Source: Chrysomallon squamiferum
Lineage: Eukaryota > Animalia > Mollusca
Direction: 5' to 3'
DNA length: 64,000 bases
Assembly (NCBI GenBank): GCA_012295275.1
Contig: CM022672.1
Location: 21,328,001-21,392,000 of the forward strand
In this document: piece by piece, positions 33,695-49,592 of the stretch
Layout: each line of letters starts with the position of its first letter
Position numbering within the stretch: the first letter of the stretch is position 1
The notes under the pieces: generated by a model
Seen by the model: only the letters and a program-made list of their open reading frames with translations
Database searches by the model: none
What the model was told of the DNA's origin: nothing
Translations under genes and position numbers: made by a program

Positions 33695-36600
33695 TTAAAA
33701 GCGTCGATCAGCTGGCACACAGGTACGCGAACGCTGAAACTGAGCTATCTGTGTGTATGAGAACTGGTACTGAGGAAACCGCCATATCGGACTGGGACAC
33801 ACTTTAGTCCGTGGACTGGTTTTATTAGACGCTGAAGGACTTGTCTGCTTTTCTGACATGTCATTGGTAATTTTCAGTTCTGTCTTCTTGACGTCTGCTT
33901 TTTTTGGCGACGAGTCAGTACTTACTCCGACAGACAAATCCGTCAGAGGTCGCGAGCCTTTTATCATATCCGGAGATCCAGAAAGATCGTCGAATCTCGA
34001 AGCAAATTTAATTTTCGATTGCTCTACGAGATGTCGTATTCGACGTTGTTGTGACACCTGTTCTTTGTCCATTGGGTCGATGTTGTCAGGACATTTTCCA
34101 GCGGGGTTGCCGTTGCAGTTACCTTTGACCTCAAATCCGCCATCTTCTTTAAAGAAAAACAGTCTTGCCTTTCGATGCTTTGACTTCGTTTTTGGTTTGA
34201 TTTGGCGCAAAGCGTCAAGTTGTTCTCGCCAAGATAAGTTTTCACCGTTAGCCGACGTCGTGGGACTCTAAAACAAGTTGAAAGACAGCAAATATCAAAC
34301 TTACATTATACTTCAAATAGTCGTTTTAATTATAAATAAAATGATGATAGAAGATACTATTGTCGCTATTCTGTAGCTATATTTCTCAATATGCATCAAG
34401 ATATATATATATATACCGATGCAGATTAGCACGCAGTTCTTTTATAAATCTGTCAAAATGCACAGTCTAGAAAAGGAAAATAGCCCTGTGGTGTAAATAT
34501 TAAATGTCAATAGCCAAACACAATTTTATTCGACATTTCATAGGCCAAAAGTCCTAGGAATATTCAATCATCTTTGACACGATATTAATAATGTAAACTG
34601 AAATTTCATAAATAAAATTAATTTGCTATTAAAGAATGTTACATAGAATTTTTTAATAATTATAGAATTTAAAAAGTGAGTTTTTATTCATAGTAATTGT
34701 AATATATTTTCAAATTAGTCCTTAAAAACTAAGAACTAAAAACAAATACAGAGACAACATACAGCATTAAAATAAAGAAAGAAAAAGAATAATACCGTTT
34801 TTACCCTTAAAACTTTACATTAAATAATTTACTATCCTCTTTTCTGTCCGTGAAAACATGCTTGTACGTCTGTTTGTGTGCCTGTTTATTGATCGATGTA
34901 AATTTCAGTGATATACACTCATCATCTTAATTATGCATTGTAAAAAAAAGCTGCAAATTATAATAGTTAAACTAATTCTTTGCTTCAATTCGTAAATTAA
35001 CGTTGGATTACTCTGACCTACTAGACTAAAGCACCATAGTATTTGTATAGGTATGTGTATTTATTATGTATATTTGTAATACTCTACAATGTACATAAAA
35101 TTAGTTAACATAAAATATTCAAAATTTAATTATATACATTTATAGATCATTTTGTTTTACACCAGACAGGAATCAAACATACACACTGCCAATAAATGGC
35201 AGACATTCTTCTTATAGCTTTTAATGTTGATGAATTATGTCAAGATTATGGGCTGTTTGGGCTTATGATGTGTCAGCTGTGAAAACGGGGAGATGGGTGC
35301 ATTAGCTTACAAAATACATCAGTGATACAGCCGAAACAAATTTAATTAAAGTTAGTATTTAATCTTAATCAAATTTAAATAAAAATAGATAAGTAAATGT
35401 TCTCTTTAATCTCTGTATTATTGGATTAAGGTTTGTATATCCACATTCCTAAATGTATTTGATTTTTTTTTTTTTTACACATGGTACTATGCGCGTACGT
35501 AAGGGAGGGAGGGGTGAGTAATAATTAAATCCTAGATTTTGGTCGAACGTACTTTGTGAATGTTTTCGTTCATTCGAAATTTAGAGGTCAACGATGAATT
35601 ATTCATGACTTTCGTCTTTACCAGGAACCTGGCAAAACAGTTACAGATAGGATTTAGAAACGGATTAGTATTAATGAATGTGGAAAATAAACACACAAAG
35701 TTTTCAAGGTGGAGAAGTTTTATTGATAGTGTACAACATACAGTGAAGAAAACTGAATAGTTAGAAAACGTTTCCAATAGTTTATGAACAATTAATTATA
35801 TGTATCAAGAAGAAAGTTCTGTATCATTTTGTTTATGTGTGATGTTTGTGAGTGAGAGTGCGTGATCGGATTAGTAATAGGGATATTAATTTACACAATG
35901 TGCGACGAAATAAAGTGTTTACAAATGCTATTTCCACGTGTTCAAGAAAAAAAAAATTATATTAATACTGACAGAAAAAAAGAAAGAAAATAACTAATTT
36001 AAAAAAAAAAAATAAAAAAAAAATATGAAGCATGTCACAGTTTTATATGATTTAACATCTGTGGCCTCTATTAGCATGCTTTGTATAATACAATATAATA
36101 TAATATAAAATAATATAATATAATATCATTAACTTGCTTCTTTCTGTAGTATTTCAAAATAAGTGTATGTTAAAATAAAGAAAGTTAAAAAAACAAACAT
36201 AAAGGAAGCAAGGAAAAGGCAAGCAATGGAAGAAAAAAGGTGTGCACATGATAATTAAGCCTCGTTTTATTAACTATAATGTCAAAAAAGGTTTGGATTG
36301 CGAATTTAGGTAAAACTTCAAGCATGGTATGAAACTATATGGAGATATACTAAATTAATTTTTACTGATGAATCGTTGGGTATTTTAGAAAAAACGGCAG
36401 ATCACAGTATGAAACAAGCAATAGAAAACTAATCTAGGGATGTAGCAGTCATGCAGAACTGAAAGAAAGGATTGAATTTGATTATCTGTAATAGGTGTAG
36501 ATTTCGATTTTGCACTTTTGAAATATACTATAGTATGTAAATGTGTCAAAATATAAACTTACATTAATCCATAAAATCCTGAGTTATGATTGTAGTTGTT

Positions 36601-36925
36601 GTTTTCGTCTCCATTTGTATATTTAACAGACTGTTTATTTTTAAACAGTATTTGCTTTTATTTCATTTTTTCTGCTGATGTTTTTAAAATGAGTCTTTCT
36701 TTTTCTTATGTGTATAGTTTTTTAGCCATAAAAATAACCATTAAAATTTTAAAACATATTAATTTAGGCAAAGAGCTATAATTAAAAAAAAATTATTCCT
36801 TGTAAACTCCATTGTGAAAATTACCTCAAACTTACTGTAATTTAAGATAAGAAAAAATTATATTAAATTAAATTAATTATTTATTTATTAATCATTTAGT
36901 CCTTTAGTAAACACAGCAAACAAAA

Positions 36926-36958
<33 letters not shown>

Positions 36959-37508
36959 CTTGGTCTCCAGTTGCCAAAAAAAAAAAAAAAGGAGAAAAAA
37001 AGAAGTTAAATGCCAATGACAAAAACAGGCAGGGTTAAAAGCCAGGGTTAAACACAGCACACGAGAATTAAATAAACACCGGGAAGGATACAAACAATTA
37101 TGGAGGCAAAAAATAAGAAAAATACCTTGGCTACTACACAGATACTGAGTAATAACAATTTTTATTTTCTTATAGGATCGTATCGTGTGGCAAGACTGAC
37201 GTAGGCGCGCCCACTAGCGTCAAACCACATCTGAAAACGAAGGGGGATAATTCCATAATTATGAGCTGTTCTGAGTCAAAGTTATTAAAGTGTACATGTG
37301 ATGCTGTGATGTGAGTAAGAAATATTTTATAATCTTCCACGTAACTGTTTTCTATATTTCTTAATCATCAACCTTTCATTGTAATAATGTATAATAACCA
37401 TATTATATACTCATATTCCCCCTTTTCGAGACGTCATTTGTTATTAGAAAAAATCAACAGATCTAGATACTGCTACTTCTGAATGACTTAAGTGTTGTTG
37501 TTGTTTGG

Positions 37509-37559
<51 letters not shown>

Positions 37560-40087
37560 TTTATTATTATTATTTAAAGTTCGTAATATCAGTACAAAAA
37601 GAAGAAAAAATGGTATAAAGATAAATTTCCTCGAGCACGTTATGTTGTTGTTATACTTTATTATCTGGGAGGACCAGTATTCAGCTACAATGAAACCAGT
37701 TTGATAAATAAACACACACACACGCACGCATACACACACATATATTCTAGGCTATGTTCCTATATTCACATGTACACACTGAACAGGCTTGGAAAACTAG
37801 CAGTTAAAATATTAGTAATAAATAATCAATTTTTCAAATAAAAGTAAATATAGGAGCAAGCAAAGTTATTTGGTGAAGTACATGTAGTATAATATTTGTT
37901 GCAAATAATAATTAACATTCACTGCGATACATCTTATCATCTGGCCACTGGTCATTATTTGCAAGTTCAGAGAATAATTATCTAAAATGCCCAGATTTTA
38001 TCATTACTTAAATTCTAATACAAGTAGCCCATAAATATATTAAAATATCTTATTTTTTGTTATTACATCCATATCTATATTTTCGCCGAATTGGTAGTAA
38101 AACAGAACAAAAATATTGCAGTTTTGTGCACTGAATGTGAAATGGAAAAAACAAATGCAAAACAAAACAACGAAAATGCCAGTGTACAGTGATAATAATT
38201 ATTATAATTTAAAACATTAAAAATATATATTTTGTTTTTTTATTAGGTCAAGGGCAAAGTCTAAAGCGAAATAACAAATCTCCTAAAATAATTTCTTAAT
38301 GATACTATAGATTTTAATTATTTAGTCGCTAAGGTTCTTATTTTCTTTTTTAAAATACTAACTGCAATAGAAAATTTTCTATAAAAAAATAAAGCAGAAA
38401 AAAGATGATACTTAATTGAAAAGAACAGTTAGACTTTTTAAATGGTCTGGATTATTCTGTGTCTTGGCTTTGACTGTTTCAAACCACCCATAAAAGTTTG
38501 TATTCCTTAAATATTAACGTTAACAACTCACAGAAAACCATGCTACATCATCGGAAAGTTAGTGCTTCAAATCGTAAACCAAATCAGTCACTTTTATAAA
38601 AACAACAAATGTTTGGCGACAAATAAATTTAAACAGTGTAAAAACAAAAACGTCAAAATAAAAAAACAAAACAAAAAACAAATGAAATAAAATAAGGAAC
38701 AAAACAATACGAAACTAAGAACAAGAAAGTAAAAGAAAACGAGTAAAATGAACAACAGAAAAACAAATATCAAACTTGCAAATAAAAACAAACAAATGAT
38801 GTGTGATGTGTGATTTCCAAGTGCATTAAACATTTTTTACGTATCTGCGAAAACTGCAATCACACCCGTAATAAATACCGTTCATCTACCCCGGATGCGA
38901 TCGGTGGTCCGTGATTCAGCTTATTGCTTATCTTACAGAGATCTGGATTCTGTGCGTCTTGCTCCGCCAGCACCAGCTGAGCCAGATGCTTCAAGTTCAT
39001 GTCACTGCACCATCTGGCATGTCGACTGGCGTTCACAGCTACCTTGGCATGATTGGCATTGTTCCAGAACTTGAAATACGGAGTTCCTTTCGTCCTGTTT
39101 GCCTGATGGTTTGTGAGAAAGGTGTAGGTATCGTCTGTGGAAGGTCTCTGTTGGGAAGTATCTGAGGATGAGGACTCTTTGATTTCGCTTCCAGCGCTAG
39201 AAATACGCGTCGCTTCCGGTGGTGCCGATCGCCCGTGTTTATGAAGCATTAAGACGGTCCTGGCGTCGTATTTTTTCAAAGATTCCAGATTGTAATTGTT
39301 ACACTGCTCAGGTTCTATTGTAGGTTTACCTGCCGCCTTTGACGATATGCCTTGAACTTGGAAAAATATGGAAGGGGGCAGGTCGTCAGCATCTTCTATT
39401 TCTGTTAATCTTGTGTTACTGTGAACCAGACATCGATCTTGAACAGCTAAAGGTGGAAACTCGTTCACTCTGGTGGCTACACATTCTTTGTGTTGTTGAG
39501 TTTTTAACTGCTGCAGATAAATATTATCCTGACTCGCCATCTTCAGGCGATAGTTGTTAGGGTCCTTAGTCTTAAACGGTGAATTCATACCAGCTTCAGT
39601 AGCTTTCCTGTCAAAATCTCTCTTTTTTCTAAACTCCAGTGACGACTTGGCTGGGTTCCACATCATACTGTTGGGAACTATCTGTTGGTTTTTGGTTATC
39701 ATCAGATCTGTTGGAAATACGTGGTAAGTGCACGATGGTTCCAGTTTTGGTCCCACTTTGACGCTGACGTCGGCGCTCAGACATGTTGTGGACAGACGAC
39801 CTATACTAATGACGTCACTGTGATCTGAATCTTCACTTGTAATCTGCTCATTTTCTTCTTTATCTTGCTATTGTGGGTATGGAATAAAAGTTACTGTGAC
39901 ATGTGGTTTATATACATATATATATGCTTAAATTAAAACCACGGTGAGTAATAACAGATCTTCTGCCTGAACTGATCTAATGAGAATTTTATTTTTATTG
40001 AAATTTATGAAATAACGCATTATATAATAATACATATAGAATTCTAGCGATCCAGCACAATTATGATATTTAATAATAATGATGATA

Positions 40088-40119
<32 letters not shown>

Positions 40120-42724
40120 AATAATGATAATAAAACAGCTGACTTGTAAATATATATATTAAAGATATATTGTTAAAGATATATGCTTTTTCGAATATTC
40201 TTTTCGAACATATAGTGGATTGTTTCGGCTTTCGGCTAGTTAACAGGGCTAATGTGTGTAAGAATGTGGTTAAGATATCCTCTCCGACCACTATGTAAAG
40301 AAAAAGAAAGAAAGAAAGAAATAAAGATGAAAAAAGAAAAAATAGAAAATAGCAAAAACTATTATGGTCGTCTCACAACAATGTTTAAAACCCATCCTTG
40401 CATAAATGATCTTCCACACTGCAGTGGTCCGTGTTTTTGATCCAGTTAATTGTTACAAAACGCCAGGTTATGGAATACAATGCCTGATAAAGCTTTGTAC
40501 AGCCGTTTCCATTTAATACATATTATGTTACAAAGCTGGGGGCAGTGTAACAGGCTCGACTTTTAATACAGGAGCGAATGGAGAATCAACGCACCAGACC
40601 TTACAGTCAAGTATGTTATTGAATCACCTCTAGTACCCAAGGCTATTATGGCCGAACATAGACTAGCACACCTTATATTTTCGCTCTAATTTTATAACAC
40701 ATTAAAATTGTTTATAAAACGTCAAGAATTATAAATATTAGAAATGTAGGAGACCACAACAGTAACTATTTGAAATAATATTTGCATAGTAAACTCTCAG
40801 TTTCTAACGACTCAGTGTCTGTATAGCTTAGTAGTTACATATATATATATATATATATATATCATGGTGGGAAAATTGACACTGTCAGCATGGAAGACTC
40901 AAATCAGTTATCTGTCTTCTCTGGACGGCACCTGCATTCAAAGTTCAAATGTAAGTCATAAGCATTACATGCATTTATTTATTCAAGCATATGATTCTAA
41001 ATCTTTTAGCCTTATTATCTATCAAATTAATACTTGCATGACGGTTTCAAAGAATTCATTAATCGACCCTTAAAAAAATTCTCGTACTACATATTACTTG
41101 GTTCAGTAACTTGGGTTTAAAGAGTTTACACACAGGAACAAATGTTTATGATAAAAAAATTTAACTCTTTATGCGCCTAGATGGTCCCACGAGCACAGAA
41201 CAAAGGTTTGATAAATCTAGTTGTGTCGGGTTTCATCCTGGGTGCTTAATTGTTATGACATACGACATTAACGGGTCAGTGGATTTCGGTCCTGAGTATA
41301 GCAGTTAAACAGTTGTGTTTTTCTTTAAAATTATCATTGTTTATCTGACACAGGGCAATGAAATAGTAATATTCACTTATAATGAAGGTACCAAGGTCTT
41401 TCAATGCACCGTCCCCAAAAAGTAATTTTCAGAACAGACGTGGTAAGAGGTGACATTATTGAAATATGTGTTAAAATGTATGTGGAGATAAGTCCAAACT
41501 GATAAAGATATGACCTTTGGGCCCTTTAGACTCTTCAGTTTAAAACATACGCTGCAATAAAGGCCAGAAAATGCACATTTATATTTCGTATTTTATATTA
41601 TGTAGGACACTGTAGATATACTCGTTTTGTCCCTTAACCAAGTATCTGTGTAGCTGAATTATGTGTTAGATAGTCAATGTTTTTTTGTTTTTTTAATCCG
41701 AGTTTGACTCCGAGTATTTGTTAGTGTTCTCTGTGGTTGTTTTGTTGTTGTTACTGTTTCCATGATTACTGTTAAATGTACTTTTTATTATTCTGATGAA
41801 TGTTCTGAGTATAGGTGTTTTGTTTATTAAAGTTTGCAGTTCATTTATTTTAGAAAGGTAAATAAAAGTTGTTTTCGTAGGGGGAGTGGTTCATGTTGTT
41901 TTTGTTGTTTATTTTTATGTTTTGTTTGTCGTTTTTGTATTGTTGTTGTTTTTAGTTGTATATTTTGTTTGTTTCTGTGTTGTTTTGATTTGTTGTTTTG
42001 TTGTTGTTGTTGTTGTTTTGTCGATCTACACTCACAAACACAGTATATTATTTTACTCTTGTGTGTAAATCACCTAGAGACATCTCATGTCTGCGTCATC
42101 CGAAATTGTAACTACTACACGTAGCAGGTCTCTGGAGAATGTATCAATCATTACGCCAGACGCATACGTATAGATTTGCACATGTTTCTGTACATTCCAC
42201 ACCATGGTCAGAGGAATTAATTATAATTAACAAGACTCTTTTGAGTTGCAATGAAACATGTAATAATCGATTACAAAAAAACATTCCTTGTCTAGAATGA
42301 CCGATGTAGTATATATAGATTTGAACACGATTCTGAATATTCCACATCATCATTATCAGAACTAATTATATTTAACAAGGCTCTTTCGAGTTGCCATGAG
42401 TTCATTTTTCTCTATGCTCACAGGGCCATGTTTATGGGCCCTTTCAATTTCAGGTAATTCGGGACCCCACGGGCGCATAAGTTTTTCACCCCCGCTGTAG
42501 AATTTTGTAACAGTGGCTCGGCAAAAAAGAACTGAAGGGCCTCTAGGTTTCTTCCGAATCAGTCTTATGAATAATACGGTTCGGTAAGCTCGATGCTGAC
42601 TATGTAGATTTGTACACATTTTTCTGTACTGACGTAACGGTATTTCACATCATTATTATAATAATTAAGGTAATACTATCATTATTGTCGTTGTTGCTGT
42701 TGTTGTTATTATAATAATTATAGC

Positions 42725-42762
<38 letters not shown>

Positions 42763-42855
42763 CAGCAGCAGTAGAGTAGTAGTAATTGTAATAGTGTTAG
42801 TAGTAAAAATTGTAATGGTTAAATTTAATATATCTCTTGAAAGTTCGGTTGTGGG

Positions 42856-42904
<49 letters not shown>

Positions 42905-43167
42905 CTTTATTAAATACCAGCTCATGTTTCAGTGTGCAAGATTCAGATTTAAATACTTTTTTTTTTATAATTTATCTAATGATTCAGGTGACTCTCACAT
43001 TCTGGAGCGATGATTATTTTTACTGGTAACACTACTGCAAGTACTACTACACCTACTTTTACGCGCTAAAGTACAAATGCGCATCATATTTTGAAGCGAT
43101 GCATTTAAATGCGACAGTCTAAAAATAGCAGGACAAGCGCAACAAATGTGGATCAACAGATTGAGCC

Positions 43168-43202
<35 letters not shown>

Positions 43203-44244
43203 AATTCCGCGTTTAATTGTTTAACTGATCCTAATTACCATGGATTACAAAAGTATAGCCAAGTTAACGGTGTAAAAGAATCTGGAAATTTCTGGAACAC
43301 CAGCCTCGATTGTCAAGACTGTTATAATTAAACAAATCTACATTATTGTACGCTTTGTAATGTTGTATAATAATTTGCATTATTTTTCTTGTACCTTATT
43401 TGGAATGGAATGGAATGGAAAAAATTAACGTGCTAATCAGAGCAAGCTGTTGTGAAGCACGTCTGCGACGGGCACGCTTTCTGACAGGTCAGCGGGCGTG
43501 CCCGTCGCAGACCCTTATTTTTAACTTGCCGCTTTTTATACGTTACAGCTAATGACTTTAAAACGCTTTACGATTTAAATTATATTGCTAAAAAGGGTTG
43601 TCGCTCAGTAAAAAGCGCTCAAAAGAATAGCAATGGATTCAAGTCATCCCATTAAGGATTAAAATAGCTTAAAGCTAGCTGTTTTGAATTACCTGTATAT
43701 ATGCGTATGCATATGTATTTGAGTATGTCTATTTTTATGTGTATGTATCAGATGTATATGAATATTTATATGTATAAGTAAATATGTCATGAATACCAGT
43801 TCATTTTTCAATAAGCAATGTGTAGACCTTTATATTTAAACTTGTTTCTGTATATTCAACTAAACATATTTTACATAATTCCAGGCATAATATATTTTTA
43901 ACAAATGTCAAGCGTATAATCACATGGCGTTCAAGTTTTAATAATCACCTATCGTATTTCCCCCTTCATCAGAGTCATCAGAAATAATTGAAATATTTAG
44001 CACGTCTCTTCTTTCTACATTACGATATATATATATATATATATATGTATATATTACGACTTCATCTATCAGTATGGACATACTGTAAATACTTATAGAT
44101 TATGGTAAATTATTATTTACAAACGTACCTGTTTTTCATCGACAATAGTGGCCAGTGTATCCAGAGTTCGTTGCCCTTGTTCCTGGCATTCAGGTTTGTG
44201 GTTTGGCGATTGTTTTCTGTAAATATAAAAAAAGAAAATTAAAA

Positions 44245-44299
<55 letters not shown>

Positions 44300-46864
44300 T
44301 GAGTAGATTAATTACACTACTCACCAAATCACAGCCTCATGACTGACTCGTTAGATTAATCTGAATCCACTCTGATCTGCCAGCATGCGATTACTGTGTT
44401 TGATAGTATATAAAAATAGCCTAAAACCATCTTATAGACTTGCAACATACTGTATTAATATAGTGTTCCTTACCAAAATTCGTTAATAATAAAACCATAA
44501 ACTTGTGAGGATACATCATGGAGACCAAAAATTCATTATTTTCCTACAGTTCGTTTCTTAAATAGAATTTTTTTTTTTTTTATATATATAAAAAGAAGAT
44601 AGAATAAGTAATTCATTTTAACATCATTGTTTTGAGTTTTGGAGGGTTTTAGGGAATCATACATGGAAACAGTAAGGATCTTCATTATTACCATATTCAA
44701 ACGTTAACAAAGGCTGGTGACCGGCGACAACTACATATATCCAAAACATATTTAGCCTATTTGTTCGTTGCGCCAAATGTACATTTAGAGAACGCCCCAG
44801 GCAATTAGCCAGACAGCCAAGCCGTTGGTCATTCCCAACATCCAACACACCTTAATAATAAATAAACTGTGTTCTTCTTTAATACAGAAATTATATGTGT
44901 GTGTGTGCGTGTGTGTGAACGAACGAACGAACAAATGCAAGTAAACCTGGCTATGGACATCTTTTCTCTTCAGCCCACGTGCAGTTTAAATAATAATCAT
45001 TGGCATGGGTCAAGTACTAATAAACAACTAATTATGAAAAATTAGAAACGGAAATTGCCCCTGAACATTCTGGAAGATGACGTCAAAATTCCTATTCAGT
45101 TAAGAGCTGGCTTTCAAAAAATGCAAGATTTATGAAGACGTAAACACTGGTTATTGATTGTCAATGAAACCTTTCTAAAGAAGTTCATTAATATTTGTTT
45201 ATCGCAGAGCGGTTCTGTCTCGTTCTGATACTCCGCCAACACAATTAATAATGTAGTCTGTTTGACAGAATGATCCAATATATGTTTTTCTGTTTCCAAG
45301 TTAACCATTAAATTTTGTACAACTAACACTACTAGAATTACTACTACTACTAATAATAATAATTATTATTATTATTATAACAACAACAACAGCAACAGCA
45401 ACAACTACAAGTAATAATAGTATAGTGAATTAATAAGGAAAATAATAGTAATGGTTAAAAAAGAAAAAAAAGAAGAAGAAGAATGTTATAATTTTTTTTT
45501 TTTTTTTTTTTTTGACAATTGCATATATGGTATAAATACATAAAAATGGTAAATGGACGGTTCAGTGTGCAAAACAGAATCGAAACAGAAAACCAGGTTT
45601 ATAATTTATTGTAATGTATTGAGTTATTAGTTTATTATTCATAAAAGTATTAAGTGTACTACTAGTAGTAAAAGTAGCAGCAGTAGTAGTAGCTGAAGTA
45701 ATAGTACTGATGGTATAAGTTGTATGATATTATATCTTTTACCACAAACAAAAAAAAAAACATACTTCTGTTAACAAATTACTTCTTTTATTTTTTTTTT
45801 CCCCCATAGACCATTCACTGTAAAGTAATTATATGGTAATTTTAGTATGCTTCAGTTAGAGAACTGTCGACGCATAACTATCGCGGGCAGAAACTCTGAT
45901 TTACACAAAGTTTATTTCTGGAAGATTTATAAGCCAAACTCTAATGCCACTGAGATTAAACACAACTGAACCTAACAACTGTAAAAAAAAAAAAATAATG
46001 ATAATAAAAAATAATAAAAAAGTTAATGACATGCATTGTAGTGTTATTCTAAACGTTTTCTTTTTTTTTGAGAGTTTAACACTGGTGACCAGATATTATC
46101 AGTATTAAATATATCAATGTCAGTATTACAATGAATAGTTGTTATATTATATAACAAGGCGTCATTGCAGAAATTAATGACTTGAAACCATTTACAAATA
46201 GTGTTGAGCACGTCGTTTCAAATTGCATTAAAATGCGTATAACAACAATCAAAGAATACTGCGAATCTGTTTCTTTATTGTGTATAATATGTAGATAATG
46301 TATTTTGGAAAAGTATAGGTCTGTTTATCTATATTAAAATAAATACATATTTGCGTATGTGTCTATACATGTTAAGTTTTCGTAAATGAAAGAAGAGTAA
46401 AACAGAAAGAACAGAAATTATCAACCCAAAAATAACTTAAACAATACTTGGACGTTTAAAAATCAACGAAATGGAGAGAAATCATATAGTTTATGACTAT
46501 ATCGTAAAATATATATCACACGAACAAACCTTTTCAGCAGTATACAATAACTACATCGATAACTGTATTTAAATGTTACATGGAGGGGAAAACTCGCTGC
46601 ATTTGACATTCTAACCACCGCAGGACAAACTGATATCTTAAGACACTAGTCAGTTATTTCTTTAAACCTGCAATCCTAAAATTAAATGAAATAAACTGTT
46701 TTATTTCTCAACTCAGAACTCTCGATTGTAGCAGATCTATTCCGGGTACCGATTTTGTTGTTTCCTAGAGAAACAATACATCAAAACAACACAGTTCTTA
46801 AACAACAACAATTTATTTGTTATTTTTTAATTAAAATCTTTTTCAAAATGTTCTTTTAAGATCT

Positions 46865-46907
<43 letters not shown>

Positions 46908-48796
46908 ATTGTTCAGTAAGCCGTTAAAGAATATATTTCTTTTTTATTCTTCTTTTTTCTTTTCTTTTTTAATGTTACGACACCGTCACATGTTCTGATA
47001 GTATCACTGAACCTGTTAGAACTAACACGATTTTAATAGACTGTAAGCATAGCCCTCTTTATCATTTGCTTATCGGTTGTAGCCTTTAGCTATATTAGAC
47101 TAAAGTATTATAAATCATGAATATATCGCAGTATTTGATTATAAAGGTGAAATTATCACAAATCTTAATCCGGTTGATACGCAGGCAGGAAACGACCTGT
47201 TGAAAGGTATAGGCTACATAGTATAATTTCAACACGATTTCAGAAGAGACTTTGTACAAGGAACATATATTTCATTATCTCTTTGATGCATTATGTTGTT
47301 TATATTTTACTTTATTAACTGATAATCTGAAATCAGTATTTAGTTCAATGTATTATATTTTTAAACGTTGGAGAACAATATTCATAATATTAAAAGTGCA
47401 AGATTATCATAAGCCTAGTACTTACGTTAGGTTACTGTAAGCATTTAAAAGATTTAATGAGATAACAGAGTATATTATTTAAATTAATAACAGCCCAGCT
47501 CGTCAAATTTATTATAATCTGTTCAGTGGTTCATTGGTAATCAAAGAGAATGAATGACTGAATAAATAAATAAAGAAAGAAATAATTATTAAATTTTGTT
47601 TAATACCATTTTAAAATATATTAACCGATATGTATGAAATACGTGTTTGTTTTGTTTGCTGTGATAAATGTTGTTGTTTTGGTTTTGTTGTAGTTGTTGT
47701 TGTTGTTTTATATAACGATATTATGGAGAGAAAAAAACTCATCTGTCTATGGTTAATTTCTTTTGATTAACACAAGTGATCCCATGTACTCGTGTATACA
47801 GGAAATTACTTGCTCTGGCCTTTGTAAATCATTTGTGGTTAGTAGATGAAAAGGAAATGATACATTCGATAGTGCATCGACGAATAAGTCTCGTCTATTC
47901 ACTTATGTATCTTGGTTTTTGTGGTTATTCTGTTCAGTATCTATACTGAAAGTGGTCTTTGAAACTAGTCTAGAATACATGCATTTTCAGGTTACACATT
48001 CATCTTTCTTTTTTTTAAATTATTCATCTACCAGTGACAGCAAAAGTAAATCAGTTAATACACGAATCTCCCCGTGCACTTCAGAACACTTTATAATAGT
48101 GGTTTATTCCTAATCTTTCATAAGAGCGCCTATCCATCGCTGTATTCTTTTTCTATCGAAGAGTTTAAACTGTAATCTCACAGAAGTGGATCTTTATTTT
48201 TATAAATGTATTCAACTATCTTTCTCGGTGGGAGGTAATCTCCATGGCGTTCACTAAAGTTTAAATCAAGAGCACTTTTAGTCAGATGCTTGTCTAGTTT
48301 GGTATATTTCTCGTAAACAAACAGAGCCAGATAACTAACGTATGACACATTCAGTATTACGATAGTGTCTGTATAATGAAGTCAGTTTATCTGCTATCAG
48401 TAAAGCCATAAATTTCATTAAGGACAACGATTGGGTTTTAAGTGTAATGAGAAAATCTGATACGATTAGAACTGCAGAGTTATAATTAGAACGTTGTTAT
48501 TAAAATATAAAATTACATGTGCTGTGATCAGTATGCATGAATCATGAAGGGAAAACTACAATTATGATCAGAAAACGAATGTTATGATTAGAGTACTGGT
48601 ATCATTGTTATAATATTAGTTTTGCGATCAGTTTCTCAAGTCCACAATTACTGTCAGTTACTTCTGAAGTTATTACTAACAACTGAATACGAAAGTTAGA
48701 ATGTCAACTGATTATTCAGCTTAAACTGACACAGGAAGATATGAATTGCAGGATAATTATAAAAGTTAGTCAAAGGGCTTTCTTTATATAAGTCTC

Positions 48797-48849
<53 letters not shown>

Positions 48850-49515
48850 TATTTTTACAGGCTCTCTAGTCCAAATTCTAACTAAGTCGGTTGATTTTTG
48901 TTCATTGCCCCATTTTATTGTACCACACACACACACACATATTGATGTGTTTGCAGGTTAACAATTTTACCATCAATAGTTTGTTCGTTATTGGCCATGA
49001 CACGCAAATATTAGCTTTTCTATATTGACTGTCTTGTTATTAATCGTGAAGTGCATGACTTTGATCAATAAATTACTTCTGCCATAAAACGTAAGAGCCA
49101 TTCTGTCACTGATAAATATATATTTGTGTCAACAGGTGCTGGTGATTATCAAAGATGCCTTGTAGTTGTTTGCTTTTTCAAAAGGTTTTCAGTAATCGAA
49201 CAAAGAGAATGAAAACCGTTTAATGCATATTCAGTTATTCGGAATATCGATATTATCGGTTTGTGCAGCGATAACCGCGTGACAAACTGGTAGAAACGAC
49301 ACCTTACTGTTAATGAATGAGGAAAATGATATTTTCTTTAGGCGGCAGAGTATGTTTTCGGGGGAACACGGGTCGATTAACTCATTAATTATGTTTGAAT
49401 CAAAATAAACACCTGTTCTTTTTCAAGTTATTACTAAATGGTGAACATTTTCACCGTTTTATTATTTTTATAATTTTTGTCTTTTTACTTTTGTCTTTTT
49501 TTTTCTTTCTTTCTT

Positions 49516-49547
<32 letters not shown>

Positions 49548-49561
49548 CTTTCCTTCCTTCC

Positions 49562-49592
<31 letters not shown>

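Noticed and set aside
37162-37164. Stop-codon readthrough of the TAA in a 105-nt version of the orphan exon
   Set aside because: TAA-A is a poor readthrough context, and the internal GTCAGT donor explains the frame more simply.
33858-39560. + strand ORFs 33858..34271, 38911..39165 and 39339..39560
   Set aside because: They are antisense shadows of the orphan gene's exons.
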